Below, piece by piece: positions 1 to 11,500 of a stretch of 64,000 nt of DNA. The stretch comes from Hormiphora californensis (lineage: Eukaryota; Animalia; Ctenophora). Location: positions 5,270,001-5,334,000 of the forward strand of contig CM035351.1 of assembly GCA_020137815.1 (NCBI GenBank), in the 5' to 3' direction. The notes under the pieces were generated by a model that was not told the DNA's origin, did not search any database, and saw only the letters and a program-made list of their open reading frames with translations. Made by a program: the position numbers and the translations under genes. Positions within the stretch are counted from its first letter, which is position 1. Every line of letters starts with the position of its first letter.

Positions 1-591
1 ACTGCTGGTGAGTCAGATATCAGTCCTTTGACCATGATAATGGTGCCTACTACCACACACACGTAGAGACCCAACATTTTGGTAACACCTGCAGGTATGG
101 GATAGTGTCACATGGGTAACTGCAGTAGGGGGGGTAGATCGAGGGTAGCTAAGGTCTAAATAAAGTTACCGCTTACTCCTGTTACAGAAGTTGTTAAGAG
201 TAAAACTTACGCTGAGAGGAATATCTTCCACCACCGCTGCCAGAATGATTTGTTGTTCGTGTGTACATGGTATACAATCAAGATTTGCAGAGATAAATAG
301 CAGTAGCTGGAAGGTAGAAAATTGAGACACAAGTACTACTACTAAACACACACACACACACACAAACTAACTTACTTACCTTGCGGATCCTATACCATCT
401 TTTAGTGACGTCACTAGCCAGGTATGTGACGGCACCAGATTATCATGATCTGGAGCTAATCAGCCAACTTATCAAGGGGGTAGGGGGATATCCAAATCAC
501 TATCAGGATCGTATCCGAAAGATCTCTCCAGAATAACTTACCCAGCTGTTATACCCGCCACTGGCAGTAGCGGGTACTGGGTAAAAGCACT
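1..591 (-). CDS. Possible exons of an unidentified gene running off the left edge
   Basis: Several minus-strand donor (gtaagt at ~219, ~379, ~540) and pyrimidine-AG acceptor sites; a hydrophobic frame (VTKMLGLYVCVVVGTIIMVKGLIS) in 1-88. Could not build a consistent reading frame. Confidence 0.25.
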
Positions 592-844
592 GTAGGGTGT
601 GTCACTAAATATTATCTCTCTCAACCTCTCTCTGTTTCTGCATTTTTCATTCCTTTCTATAAAATTCACCCCCCCCCCCCCGTGTTACGGATGCAAGTTG
701 ATGGCGTCAGAACTTCAAGGAACTTGAACGTCGTGTGAGATGCAAAGTGTATCATGTTTCTCTCTTATCATTTCTCTCCGTTCCCCTTTCATTCTCAAGT
801 CGTACCTTGCTATTTGCTTGTTGTGAAGGGGGGACACCAACACC

Positions 845-3800
845 ATGCCCGCTACAAAAGGTAAAAACCCAAAAATTAGAGGCGAAAGGAGGGCGGGTAG
901 TTTCTACAGACCTCTCTGCAGACAGGGTGAAACTCATCATTATATGCAGTTATCATATTCATTCCGTGCGGGGTTTACAGTTACACCAAGTCATCACGTC
1001 CCTGCCAGTGTATCTTTCCCCCCGCTGTCTTGTGTGTGTCATTCCTCTGTGACTTTGTGCCCCCACCCCCTGGCGGTTGTATATATCTTTGTTGTTCAAA
1101 TATGACCAGGGGACGCCCAGGGGTGGTGAGGTTTGCTCCCTTCGTTGTTTTTACCCCACCCATCATACGAGGTATCTTGGAATGCAATATGTTTATGGGA
1201 TTATTTTAAAATTAGTGCCACTGTTTGAGTGTTCAATGCAGTGTCCGGGAAATCTATTGATTTTACTTTCTATTTCCAGGACCAAGTTTTATCCTAAAGG
1301 CGGATATTGAGGGTCAGTTGTCTTGCTCTGTTTCAGCCACGGATGGTCAGTCAATCAGAGACGCATTCAAGGTAGGTCAGTCAATCAGAGACGCCTTCAA
1401 GGTAGGTCAGTCAATCAGAGACGCATTCAAGGTAGGTCAGTCAATCAGAGACGCATTCAAGGTAGGTCAGTCAATCAGAGACGCATTCAAGGTAGGTCAG
1501 TCAATCAGAGACTCATTCAAGGTAGGTCAGTCAATCAGAGACGCATTCAAGGTAGGTCAGTCAATCAGAGACGCATTCAAGGTAGGTCAGTCAATCAGAG
1601 ACGCATTCAAGGTAGGACAGTCAATCAGAGACGCATTCAAGGTAGGTCAGTCAATCAGAGACGCATTCAAGGTAGGTCAGTCAATCAGAGACGCATTCAA
1701 GGTAGGACAGTCAATCAGAGACGCATTCAAGGTAGGTCAGTCAATCAGAGACGCATTCAAGGTAGGTCAGTCTATCAGAGACGCATTCAAGGTAGGTCAG
1801 TCTATCAGAGACGCATTCAAGGTAGGTCAGTCAATCAGAGACGCCTTCAAGGTAGGTCAGTCAATCAGAGACGCATTCAAGGTAGGTCAGTCAATCAGAG
1901 ACGCATTCAAGGTAGGTCAGTCAATCAGAGACGCATTCAAGGTAGGTCAGTCAATTAGAGACGCATTCAAGGTAGGTGACACAGGTAGCAATGGCACCAA
2001 AATTTAAGGTAGGTCCACCCACTCTGCAATTTCTCTCAACAACTATGGGGTTTTATGATGAATTATGTGTCTGAGGGGTGTCAAGTATGTTAGCTGGTGA
2101 TTATTGCACTATCTTGCTAGTCACACGATCTTAGACAGAGTTCATCTTCTTGAATAATTTCATGAGGAAGTACCTACAGTATCATCTGGGGAAATGCATT
2201 TTATTTTTTGTGGTATAGAACCCTGAAATATGAATTACATATATTTCTTCAAGAGAAAGATTTTGTTCATTACGTGATTTCATGAAATGACATTGACTTG
2301 TTCTTGACAGACCGAGTTTCAATTTCATGGTGTAATCTAGTTTTATTTAATGAGAGCAAAACCCTACCATGACACACAAAGTTTTCTCTTGTGAAGGGTG
2401 TACGTAATTCTTTAAAATGATTCATACCCAATTTTAGAAACATGTCAACCACATCTAATCTACTATAACTAGTTCTCTAGAAGTTTCTACTAGATTCACT
2501 AGATTATCTAGTGAACGTGCAGAACTAGAGAACATTCCTCCGGAGTACCGAACCATGTAACCCCAACTATCACCCGGCCGGTAAAACCATCAACCATGTA
2601 ACACTGACCACCCTCTGCAGGAGAAGCTGCTACTGACGGGAGGTAGAAAATGGGAGAATTTTGGGGTGTTTACAAAGTGGACACGAGTCCCGATTGAGTG
2701 GGAGATGAGTTGTAACAGTGTGAGGGGACATCATTTGATGATTATTAACCGGTTAGACCCGGTCCCTGCTCTACTACCCGGGGCACATCATTTCATCAGA
2801 AAAGACCTGGTGAGAACAGTAGGTCCTACTGAGTAGGAGAATTAATTCTATTTCCAACCCCAAGTTCATTTGAATGATATTATTCCCCTAAGCAAATGTC
2901 TCTGTGATATAATTTCAATATTCCTATTTTCTAGATCCCGATAGCCACGGAAGCCTACACAGAAAAGGACTTCTACTACATGATACGGCCAAGTGGAAAT
3001 ACCCCGGGTGGCTATGCCCTAGTTATCACGTAAGGAATCCAGGGGAAATAGTTATGTTCTACCCTTCTAAGTTCTAACCCTTACAAAATTTGATACGGAA
3101 GTCGGAACCAGTGCACCACCGTATAACTATAACCTACAGTTATACGGTGGTAAAGCTATCAGAACAGGAATTATAAGACATACCTCGGCCAATATATAAG
3201 AGATGCAGATATATTAGACATAATATGTGTGTCTTGGTAACTCTAGTTATGCGGTGGTAGATCTGTGATAAATCTGTGATCCAGGAACCGACCGAATCAG
3301 GAAATACTGGTCCCTGATTGGCTGATAACCAGTCACGTCACCTAAATAGCGAGTTCTGATTGGTTGTTTACTTGTTTCGGTCGGTTCCTGCTGTGATCAT
3401 TCTAGAAATTCTAGACTAGAACCACCCACTCTAAATATGAGGGCACTTGTTGTAGCTCTACCGTATAACTTATACGGTGTCGAGCTGTCAGAACCCACTG
3501 ACGCACAGGCCACAACCCCAGCTTTTACACGTGGGGGTATCTTTTAATTCTACGACAAGTGCCCTTTTATATTTAGAGTTATAAGTGGCTCTAGAATCTT
3601 CCCTACTATCTCACAGATCAATCGATCATATGTCTCGTAGGGGTGCTATCGGGGTGTACGTCAGAGGGTGCTACGTCAGACGAAAGTTTTGAAGTATCAT
3701 CTCTGTATGAATTTCAGAAGGATGAGAAAAGGGATAATTATTGTCAGATCTGTCATATCCGCCAGACCGTTTATATTAAATAGTTTTGAGGGGGAGGGAG

Positions 3801-6800
3801 GAATGTCCTAAAATAAACACACTCGATATATATTAAAACCTGTCTAACCCACGACGGTTGATAGTTAAAATTTCCCATTTTCTTTAAAAAGAGGGAATTC
3901 TAGATCTTTACCAAAATGTCAATATATTCTTCCAGGACACCCTCGGAGCCTAATGACTCCAGTTCCATACGTCACGTGACTGTAAATTTCCGAAATGGGA
4001 AATTCCACCTGTGTGCTAAGGAGTTTGTGAGTTTGGACGAGTTGGTAGCTTTCTTTAGGACCACCCCGATCAAGGCACACAATGGGCCGTGTATGTATCT
4101 GAGGTACCCCATACCTGTTGATATGAAGCTGGATGAGGAGTGCAGGAAGCGGTGGAGAACTACACAGTCAGGTACAGAGGGGAGGGGAGTGAGGTGGAGA
4201 ACTACACAGTCAGGTACTGAGGGGAGGGGAGTGAGGTGGAGAACTACACAGTCAGGTACAGAGGGGAGGGAGGTGGAGAACTACACAGTCAGGTACTGAG
4301 GGAGGGAGGTGGAGAACTACACAGTCAGGTACAGAGGGGAGGGAGGTGGAGAACTACACAGTCAGGTACTGAGAGAGGGGAGGGAGGTGGAGAACTACAC
4401 AGTCAGGTACTGAGAGAGAGAGGTGGAGAACTACACAGTCAGGTACTGAGGGAGGGGAGGGAGGGAGGTGGAGAACTACACAGTCAGGTACTGAGGGGAG
4501 GGAGGTGGAGAACTACACAGTCAGGTACAGAGGGGAGGGAGGTGGAGAACTACACAGTCAGGTACTGAGGGGAGGGAGGTGGAGAACTACACAGTCAGGT
4601 ACTGAGGGGAGGGAGGTGGAGAACTACACAGTCAGGTACAGAGGGGAGGGAGGGAGGTGGAGAACTACACAGTCAGGTACAGTGAGAGGGGAGGGAGGTG
4701 GAGAACTACACAGTCAGGTACAGAGGGGAGGGAGGTGGAGAACTACGCAGTCAGGTACAGAGGGGAGGGAGGTGGAGAACTACACAGTCAGGTACTGAGG
4801 GGAGGGAGGGAGGTGGAGAACTACACAGTCAGGTACTGAGGGAGGGAGGTGGAGAACTACACAGTCAGGTACTGAGGGGAGGGAGGGAGGTGGAGAACTA
4901 CACAGTCAGGTACTGAGAGATGTGATCAGGGGGTCAGGAAGGGGTAGAATCGTCTATAAAATACCAAGTGTAGTAAGGTGCTCGTGTCGAGAGAAAGGAA
5001 AGAAAGGGATAGAGAAAAAAGAAAGAGAGTGAAAAGGGGTAGCGGCTGGTTGAATTATGATAAGATGGTACACACTCTCACATGACTCTACTTCGACAAC
5101 ATTTAGAAAGCTAATACTATAAGCCAGTACTAATCTCCCTTTTCATATATTGGTAAGCTAACTTCCAGGTGGCAGGTAACAGCTAATCCACACACAGGTA
5201 ACAGCTAACCCACACACACCCACACACAGGTAACAGCTAACACACACACACCCACCCACAGGTAACAGCTAACACACACACACCCACCCACAGGTAACAG
5301 GGATGATGCGGAAAAGCACGGCAGTACGGATCAGTTAGATGCGATATCCCTGTGGAGCTGCTCATCAGTTAACACAAACTCACTCGTCATGTCTCCCAGC
5401 AGTGGTTAGTGTTACACATAGCTAGTTACCATAGCAACACAGTGCTAGTTACCATAGCAACACACCGTTAGTTACCATGGTAACACAATGGTTAACCTTC
5501 CCCTGCAGTGTGGGATAACGAGTCGTGTCTGAGTGAGGATGAGAGGACTTGGAGGATGTCTGATCCAACTGGGGGAGGAGGAGGTGGAGGGAGCAGTGTC
5601 AGTAGTAGAAGTGATGTGGTATGTCATGTGTGTAATTTTTTCCTAATTGCAAATTTTCACCGAATCCCCATGTTTGATATCTCTCTTTTACAGGAGATGA
5701 GAGGGGCAAGTGGGAGTGGTTCAGGTCGCTCAGCATGTAGTTCCAATGCATCATCAAGTTCCCCAGTCTGCAAGTTGAACCTACCACAGAAAACCCTAAC
5801 CAGAGACAGGCCACAATCAGAGTTGTCTAGATCTACTGTTAGTACCAACAACCACAATTGGAGGAGAGACAGGCCTCAGTCAGAGATGCTTAGGTCTACA
5901 ATCAAAACATCAGTCAGTCCAGATTCTCTTCGAAGGGTAAGTGAAGATTATACCCCCCCTCCCCCAGAACCTGTATATTCGCAGTTTCCAACTATCTTTG
6001 AGAGAAGTTATAAACGGCAATCACAGTAATCTGACAGAATACTCTTGTTAGTAGAGTCGATTAGCACACATGACTCTCGCAATATTTTCAGGTTTTTCTG
6101 TGTTTCAACTCTTTATTTCAGATTCTCTCTCTCCTAAACATCCTATTTCTCTTGTTTCAGTTTCACAGCAGCGAGATACTATCTGAGCACTCGTCAGAGC
6201 CAGATGACACATATGTCCAGATGACAGGCAGCGATACCCTGACAAGAACACTGGTACCTGACCGCAATGTGAGAAGGGGATCAAAGGAGGCATTCAAGAA
6301 AACTCTACACAGGGTATAAGAATAGCTAGATTCCACTATTTGTTTTGGGACTGTGAACACTGAGCAGTGCTCACTCAGCTCACTGCTCAATGGTTGTGTG
6401 AGCACTTAGCAAACAAAAACTCTTCCCCATTTCAGTTGTTCAGTACGCCCCAGCTCCCTCCTCAAGCACCACCGGTTATCAACTCACCACCCCCTCCTGA
6501 TAGTACCTACGTTGAAATGGGTGGCACCATCAAACCCCCACCTACCCTGATAACCCCACCTCCATCACAGCCCCAGGATGAATACATGCAGATGAACTTT
6601 GCACCAGTCCCTTTCTCAGCAGCTACACCAGCCGAGGAGTACATGAACATGTCCCTCTGTCCCCCTCCTCCACCTCCTTTATCAGAGGGACGGGGTGGCG
6701 AGCATTACAAAGCCATGTCTCTCACACCACCACCTCCACCACTCTCTCCACCTGATCCTGAGGAGACATACGAAGCGATGGGGTCTACAGCAGCAGTTCC

Positions 6801-7062
6801 TCAAACCCTACACACCCCGCACATCCCTCACACCTATGTGAACAGGAATGTGTACCAAAATGTGACTCCTAATTGTCCCACCACCTCGTGTATTGATCCG
6901 GTTACTACACAGAAGCTAATTGAGAACGTGACGTCACTAATGGCAACAGTTAGGAAACAGGATACAGAGATTCTGTGTCTGAAGAGAACTGTTAAAGATC
7001 TCAAACAGATGGTGGAGAGGTTGGAGTCGGTGATCGGGCAGGAAGATTACACTTATGATTGA
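845..7062 (+). CDS. Multi-exon signalling adaptor: Raf-like Ras-binding domain + SH2 + Pro-rich tail with YxxM/YxN motifs + C-terminal coiled coil
   Basis: Phase-consistent exons ~845-860 (CACCATG), 1280-1371, 2621-2809, 2935-3029, 3936-4171, 5294-5404, 5509-5618, 5694-5936, 6161-6313, 6436-7062. RBD-like: FILKADIEGQLSCSVSATDGQSIRDAFKEKL...FGVF...IEWEMSCNSVRGHHLMII. SH2: YMIRPSGNTPGGYALVI...IRHVTV...FVSLDELVAFF...LRYPI. Confidence 0.75.
1345..1974 (+). repeat. 30-bp minisatellite x21 (GGTCAGTCAATCAGAGACGCATTCAAGGTA) spanning an exon 3' end and splice donor
   Basis: Directly visible; each unit contains AAG|GTAGG. Confidence 0.97.
3282..3390. mobile_element. hAT-type MITE (109 bp)
   Basis: TIR CAGGAACCGACCGAA / TTCGGTCGGTTCCTG; 8-bp TSD CTGTGATC on both sides. 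Confidence 0.88.
4151..4916 (+). repeat. ~37-45-bp minisatellite, ~20 copies, core GGTGGAGAACTACACAGTCAG|GTAC duplicating an exon end and donor
   Basis: Directly visible; the first copy is the real exon end at 4171. Confidence 0.95.
5172..5300 (+). repeat. ~5 copies of (CA)n-CAG|GTAACAG duplicating a splice acceptor
   Basis: The last copy is the in-phase acceptor of exon 5294. Confidence 0.85.
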
Positions 7063-7429
7063 GAGATGTAATGGGGGACAACACAATATCAATGTGTGTT
7101 GATGGAGGGCAGACAAGGGTGACAGATGTTTTAAAGAGGCTACTGAGCAGACAAGGGTTTTATCAGTGGTTCGTGAGAAAGGAACACTATAGATTGAATC
7201 AGACTTGATCCAAACCCGCTCCAAATTTAGCAGCCTGATGAGTAATTTAACACTATCTTCTTTGTATGTGATTGTGAAGTTAAATTGCCGTTATGTTTGA
7301 ATTTCCACGTCTTCCACATAGAGTTAGTGTCGCTTAAGTTAGTCGGTATACAATTTAGTGGGGTATCTTTCTCTCTGTCCAACTGTCACTCCCTCTCTCG
7401 GCCGCTCCCTACCCACGTCAGGGCAGCAT

Positions 7430-8221
7430 ATGGTTCCACTCTTACAAACTATGACACCCCTTTTGTTTGCACTCCCCCTTCTCCTACTCCGACTGACTGA
7501 TCCAGTATGGGGAATGGACCCGGTCATACAGCAGCCCCCTGAGGAAGTGGACTCCAAGACCCATGAAGGGGTGGTGGAAGATCTGATCTGCATGATGCCT
7601 GAAATCCAAAACGGTGGTTACCATAACAACAAGAGCAGAGTCAGCATTGGAGACTCTACCACAGTGGTCTGTGAACCGAGATTCTGTCTCTCCAACCGGA
7701 CTGACCCTACAATACCAGTCCTGACGGGTGAGGTCACCTGTACCACTGAGCTGTTTGAACGAGATATTGAAATGGTGCCAGAGTGCAGGGAGGACTCCAT
7801 AGAATGTAACGGATCTTGTAACCATGGTAACGAGGAATGTAACGGACCATGTAACGAGGATAAGGTGTTCATAGTAAAGGGATACCTAAAGGATATCCAT
7901 GCCCAGAAGCTGGGTATGAGGTGGTATGAGGGTTTTGAGGTCAAGGCTGAGGATTACATTCGCCATCTCACGGCGGACACAGTGTCAGAAGGAGAAGAAG
8001 AAGTGTCAGGACACTCTCCATCCCTTAGTAAGAGGAACACCCTGGGACTGGGTCCAAATGTCGTGCGGTGGAATGGACCGGGGATCTGTACTCGACACCT
8101 CGCTGGCAAGTACTACCTTGCAGCTTTGAAGAATATTGAGAAGTTCAGTGGAGGATTGGTAGGGTGTGCTGTGGGTCGAAGTAGTGATAACGGTATCGCG
8201 TGTATTTACTACAGAAGGTAA
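7430..8221 (+). CDS. Intronless secreted protein: signal peptide, sushi/CCP-like module, degenerate CAP/SCP-like C-terminal domain
   Basis: Signal LLFALPLLLLRL; C-xxP-I-xNG...VVCEPRF...TC...PEC; MRWYEGFEVKAEDYIRHL, GPNV, VGCAVG...ACIY. Start at 7430 or 7451. Confidence 0.6.
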   Translation: MVPLLQTMTPLLFALPLLLLRLTDPVWGMDPVIQQPPEEVDSKTHEGVVEDLICMMPEIQNGGYHNNKSRVSIGDSTTVVCEPRFCLSNRTDPTIPVLTGEVTCTTELFERDIEMVPECREDSIECNGSCNHGNEECNGPCNEDKVFIVKGYLKDIHAQKLGMRWYEGFEVKAEDYIRHLTADTVSEGEEEVSGHSPSLSKRNTLGLGPNVVRWNGPGICTRHLAGKYYLAALKNIEKFSGGLVGCAVGRSSDNGIACIYYRR

Positions 8222-8559
8222 AGTTGTGTTTTGAGACGATGTTGTAAATGGTGTAAATGTTCTCTATTTTTTGGGAGAAATTCTGTTTTTATTTTTCTCT
8301 CGGTTCTAAAACTAAAAGGGGTAAACACGGAATATTTAGCTAAGTGAAATTTTTAAAACCAATAATTCGTTTTCAAGGGCCCAGGAGTTTTCACAATTCA
8401 GTCTTTTTTATCTTATCCGGGCTACTGGAGGAATTAAAGGACCGCTAGAGGAATCAAAGTCAGGATAAGCACTGGGCCGTGTATAAAATTAAATAGTTCA
8501 AAATAGTTCGTCTACTCCAACAATACCTCTTTCTCCTGTTAATACTCTCAGTCTCCCTC

Positions 8560-11500
8560 TCACTTGAGTTGCTTCTTCAAGCCAAGGTATGCCTTTTGGA
8601 CAGTGATATCGTCGTTCCTAATCTGCAGCGCTGCTTTGTAGTAATTCCTGGCTTTCTCCAAGTTGTTCGACCGGTGGTGCTCCCTAGAAAAGAGAATTGT
8701 TAGGAGTAACCTAGGAAACCAGGAACTCTAAATTTGAGTAACCTAGGGAACCAGGAACTCTAAATTTGAGTAACCTAGGGAACCACGAACTCTAAATTTG
8801 AGTAACCTATAGGGAACCAGGAAAGTAAACAAGTTATACATTTCAAACTTACAGGCCTCGCTCCAAGTAACGATCGTATTTTGTTTGCTCTGTGTCTGTG
8901 CATTGACACTTGCATTTGGTTACTCGGTAACCCTTGGCAACAACTTCCGCCAACTTTCCACAAGGGCAAAGGCTCTCCTCAACTAGGAAAATGGACAGTT
9001 TTTGAGTAAGCAACAAGTGGTTGGTATGGGGGTTATCATGAGAGAAAGTTGTGACATTGACAGCGATAAGAGTTTATAAAATTCACTACCTTTTGGTGGT
9101 TCCTCTTTCTGTGGGGGAGTGGGCTGCTTTGGTGTGACGCTCTTCTCTGCTAGGTTCTCGGGAGTGTTTATATTCTCCTGTTGTCTTGTCTTGAGAACAT
9201 TTGTAGCTGGGGAAGATTGAGGAGAGTCTTTGATCTTGAATCCTGATAACGCATCAGCCAACTGAACATCACTCTTCCTCTCGTTTTCCTTCTCTTTCTC
9301 ATCTTCTTCCTCACTTTCTTCCTCCTCTTCTTCTTGATCCTGGGGCTGGTTTACTATCACGACCTCCTCATCCTCTTCCTCCTCCTCTCCCTCACTCTCA
9401 TCCAGACAGTTTGGTCTGTTCAGATTATCATACCGTGAACTATCCAGATCTTCAGCTGCCTCCCTATCACTCAAATCTCCCTCATCTTCCTCCTTCCCTC
9501 TGTGCTGTGGGGTGGGAGATCGGTGGTTATCGCTGAACTCAAAGATCTTCATCTGCTTCATGTTCCGATACTGCTCCAAGGACAACTTCTTCTTTTGTTT
9601 CTCCTCCTCTTCCTCTCTTCTCTGCTGGATGACAACCTCTTCTTCCTCTTCATCATCAATCACTATCACATCAGCATCTCTGTTCCCGCGGATCTCCGTC
9701 GTTCTCTCGAAATAAGGAGACGCTGTCTCTGCCTCTTCTACCTCTTCCATCTGTCGCATCAGGTTATCTCGGTCGTTATAGGATGTTGGGCTGTTGTTCC
9801 ACATACTGTTCCCTCGAGTAGCTTCCTGGGGCATCCGAGGGGCACTGCTCAGAGGGACGGCGTGAGCACGTGGATCATAGCCATCTGCGGTGTGCTGTAG
9901 GTTCCTCTTAGCTTGCTCCACCTGAGAATAACCTTGTTAAATGATGAAAACTTAAAGTAATTCACTGTGTCAACTGTCACCATCCCGAAATAATGTATTG
10001 ACAATGACTGTAAAATGACAGCAGACAGTACAATGACAGTGTACCGATGTACAGAAGGGTTTAAAGTTCGCGCCTGTGCGCGCACCGCGCTGACACCTCT
10101 GGTAGGGATGTCTCGCGTGTTACATACCCGTTCTTGTACAAATTGTTGCTCCTGGGGAGTGCTGACTGTGTCCTCCTCGTGTGAAAACAGGAGGTCGTGA
10201 TCACTGCAACCAATTACACCTGAGAGTGAGACAGGGTGTAAGTTGTGTGATAGTCTGAACCAAGATAAAAGGGAATATTAAAGTGTCCATTGTCTATAAT
10301 TATTGTCTACTAGAGTACCCGTTTGCTGGGAACCCGTGACCTGGTAAATGGTAATTTGTGTTTGATTTTTAAAAGATAATTTGTTTGTTCCTTAGAGCAA
10401 TGACAGTGGTCATCCGACATATTCCGACGTGAAATTCGACCTGAATCTCGACCTTGAATGAGGCGCGCATCAGAGAGATGTGCCGCAGTAAGCAAATGAT
10501 GTCGCGCTTCAACTCTTCTCTCTCGTTAGTCTTTGTATCTCTCACTACGAATGCGCGCCTCATTCCAGGTCGAGATTCAGGTCGAATTTCACGTCGAGGT
10601 ATGGCAATTATGTCGGATGACCACTGTGAGTCTCATAGTAGGAGCGGTTAGATCTGCACGTGCAGAAAGTCGCGTGCCACCCTAATCTCAGGTTACTCTC
10701 ACGGCTTCATTTCGCATCCAATCCAAAAGTGACCTTCATCAAACATGTAGATCTCCTCAAGGAGAAGCGAAAATTTGCGGGACATTTCTTGATTGGATGC
10801 GACCTCGAGGAGCTATGACAATGCGCAAAAAGGGGTGGCACGCGACTTTAACCACGTGGTGATCTAACCGCTCCTACTATCATGATACACATTGGGTTTT
10901 TGAAAAAACGGCCATTACAATTTTGGCGAGGCGGGTAAATCATTTACTGTAACGCGCGAATTTTTCCAAAAAGCGCTGCTTTTTTACGCCGCGCGCGGAA
11001 CCTAAAATTACGCGCGCAGTGTAAAATTTTAAAATTCATTGAAAATTTCCTCGCGTTTTATGTCGCCAAAAAAAAGTCGACGAAAAATCCCAAATTCGTG
11101 AATTATAAGAACTCCGGTCAGTTCTCATCTTGCCAATCCGTTTTCCGGGAACCCCTGGCCAAAGGACATTAAAGTTCACATAACGACCAAGTTTCATATC
11201 GATTGGATAAGATTTTGGGTGGCTACGGTGAAAAATATCGTATTTTTGGCATTTTTAACTTTCCCGACGCGATTTACGACCCTTAAACATTGAGTTACGG
11301 GAAATCGCTATCATGTAAAATGAAGTTCAAACGATTCTCTTTCCCCACTATTGCGTTAGTTTTTTGATTTAGAGCCGTTTTCAGGGTCTTAGAAGCGTTT
11401 GAAAAATGTAAGTATTTTTGGCGCAATGACGTCACCCCGTGACGTCACTGTTGTAAAGATCGGATCAAAAATCTGAGCCCGTACTTACACCCGCCTTGGT

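Noticed and set aside
1345-1974. CRISPR-like array
   Set aside because: Head-to-tail identical units with no unique spacers; eukaryotic context; no cas genes.
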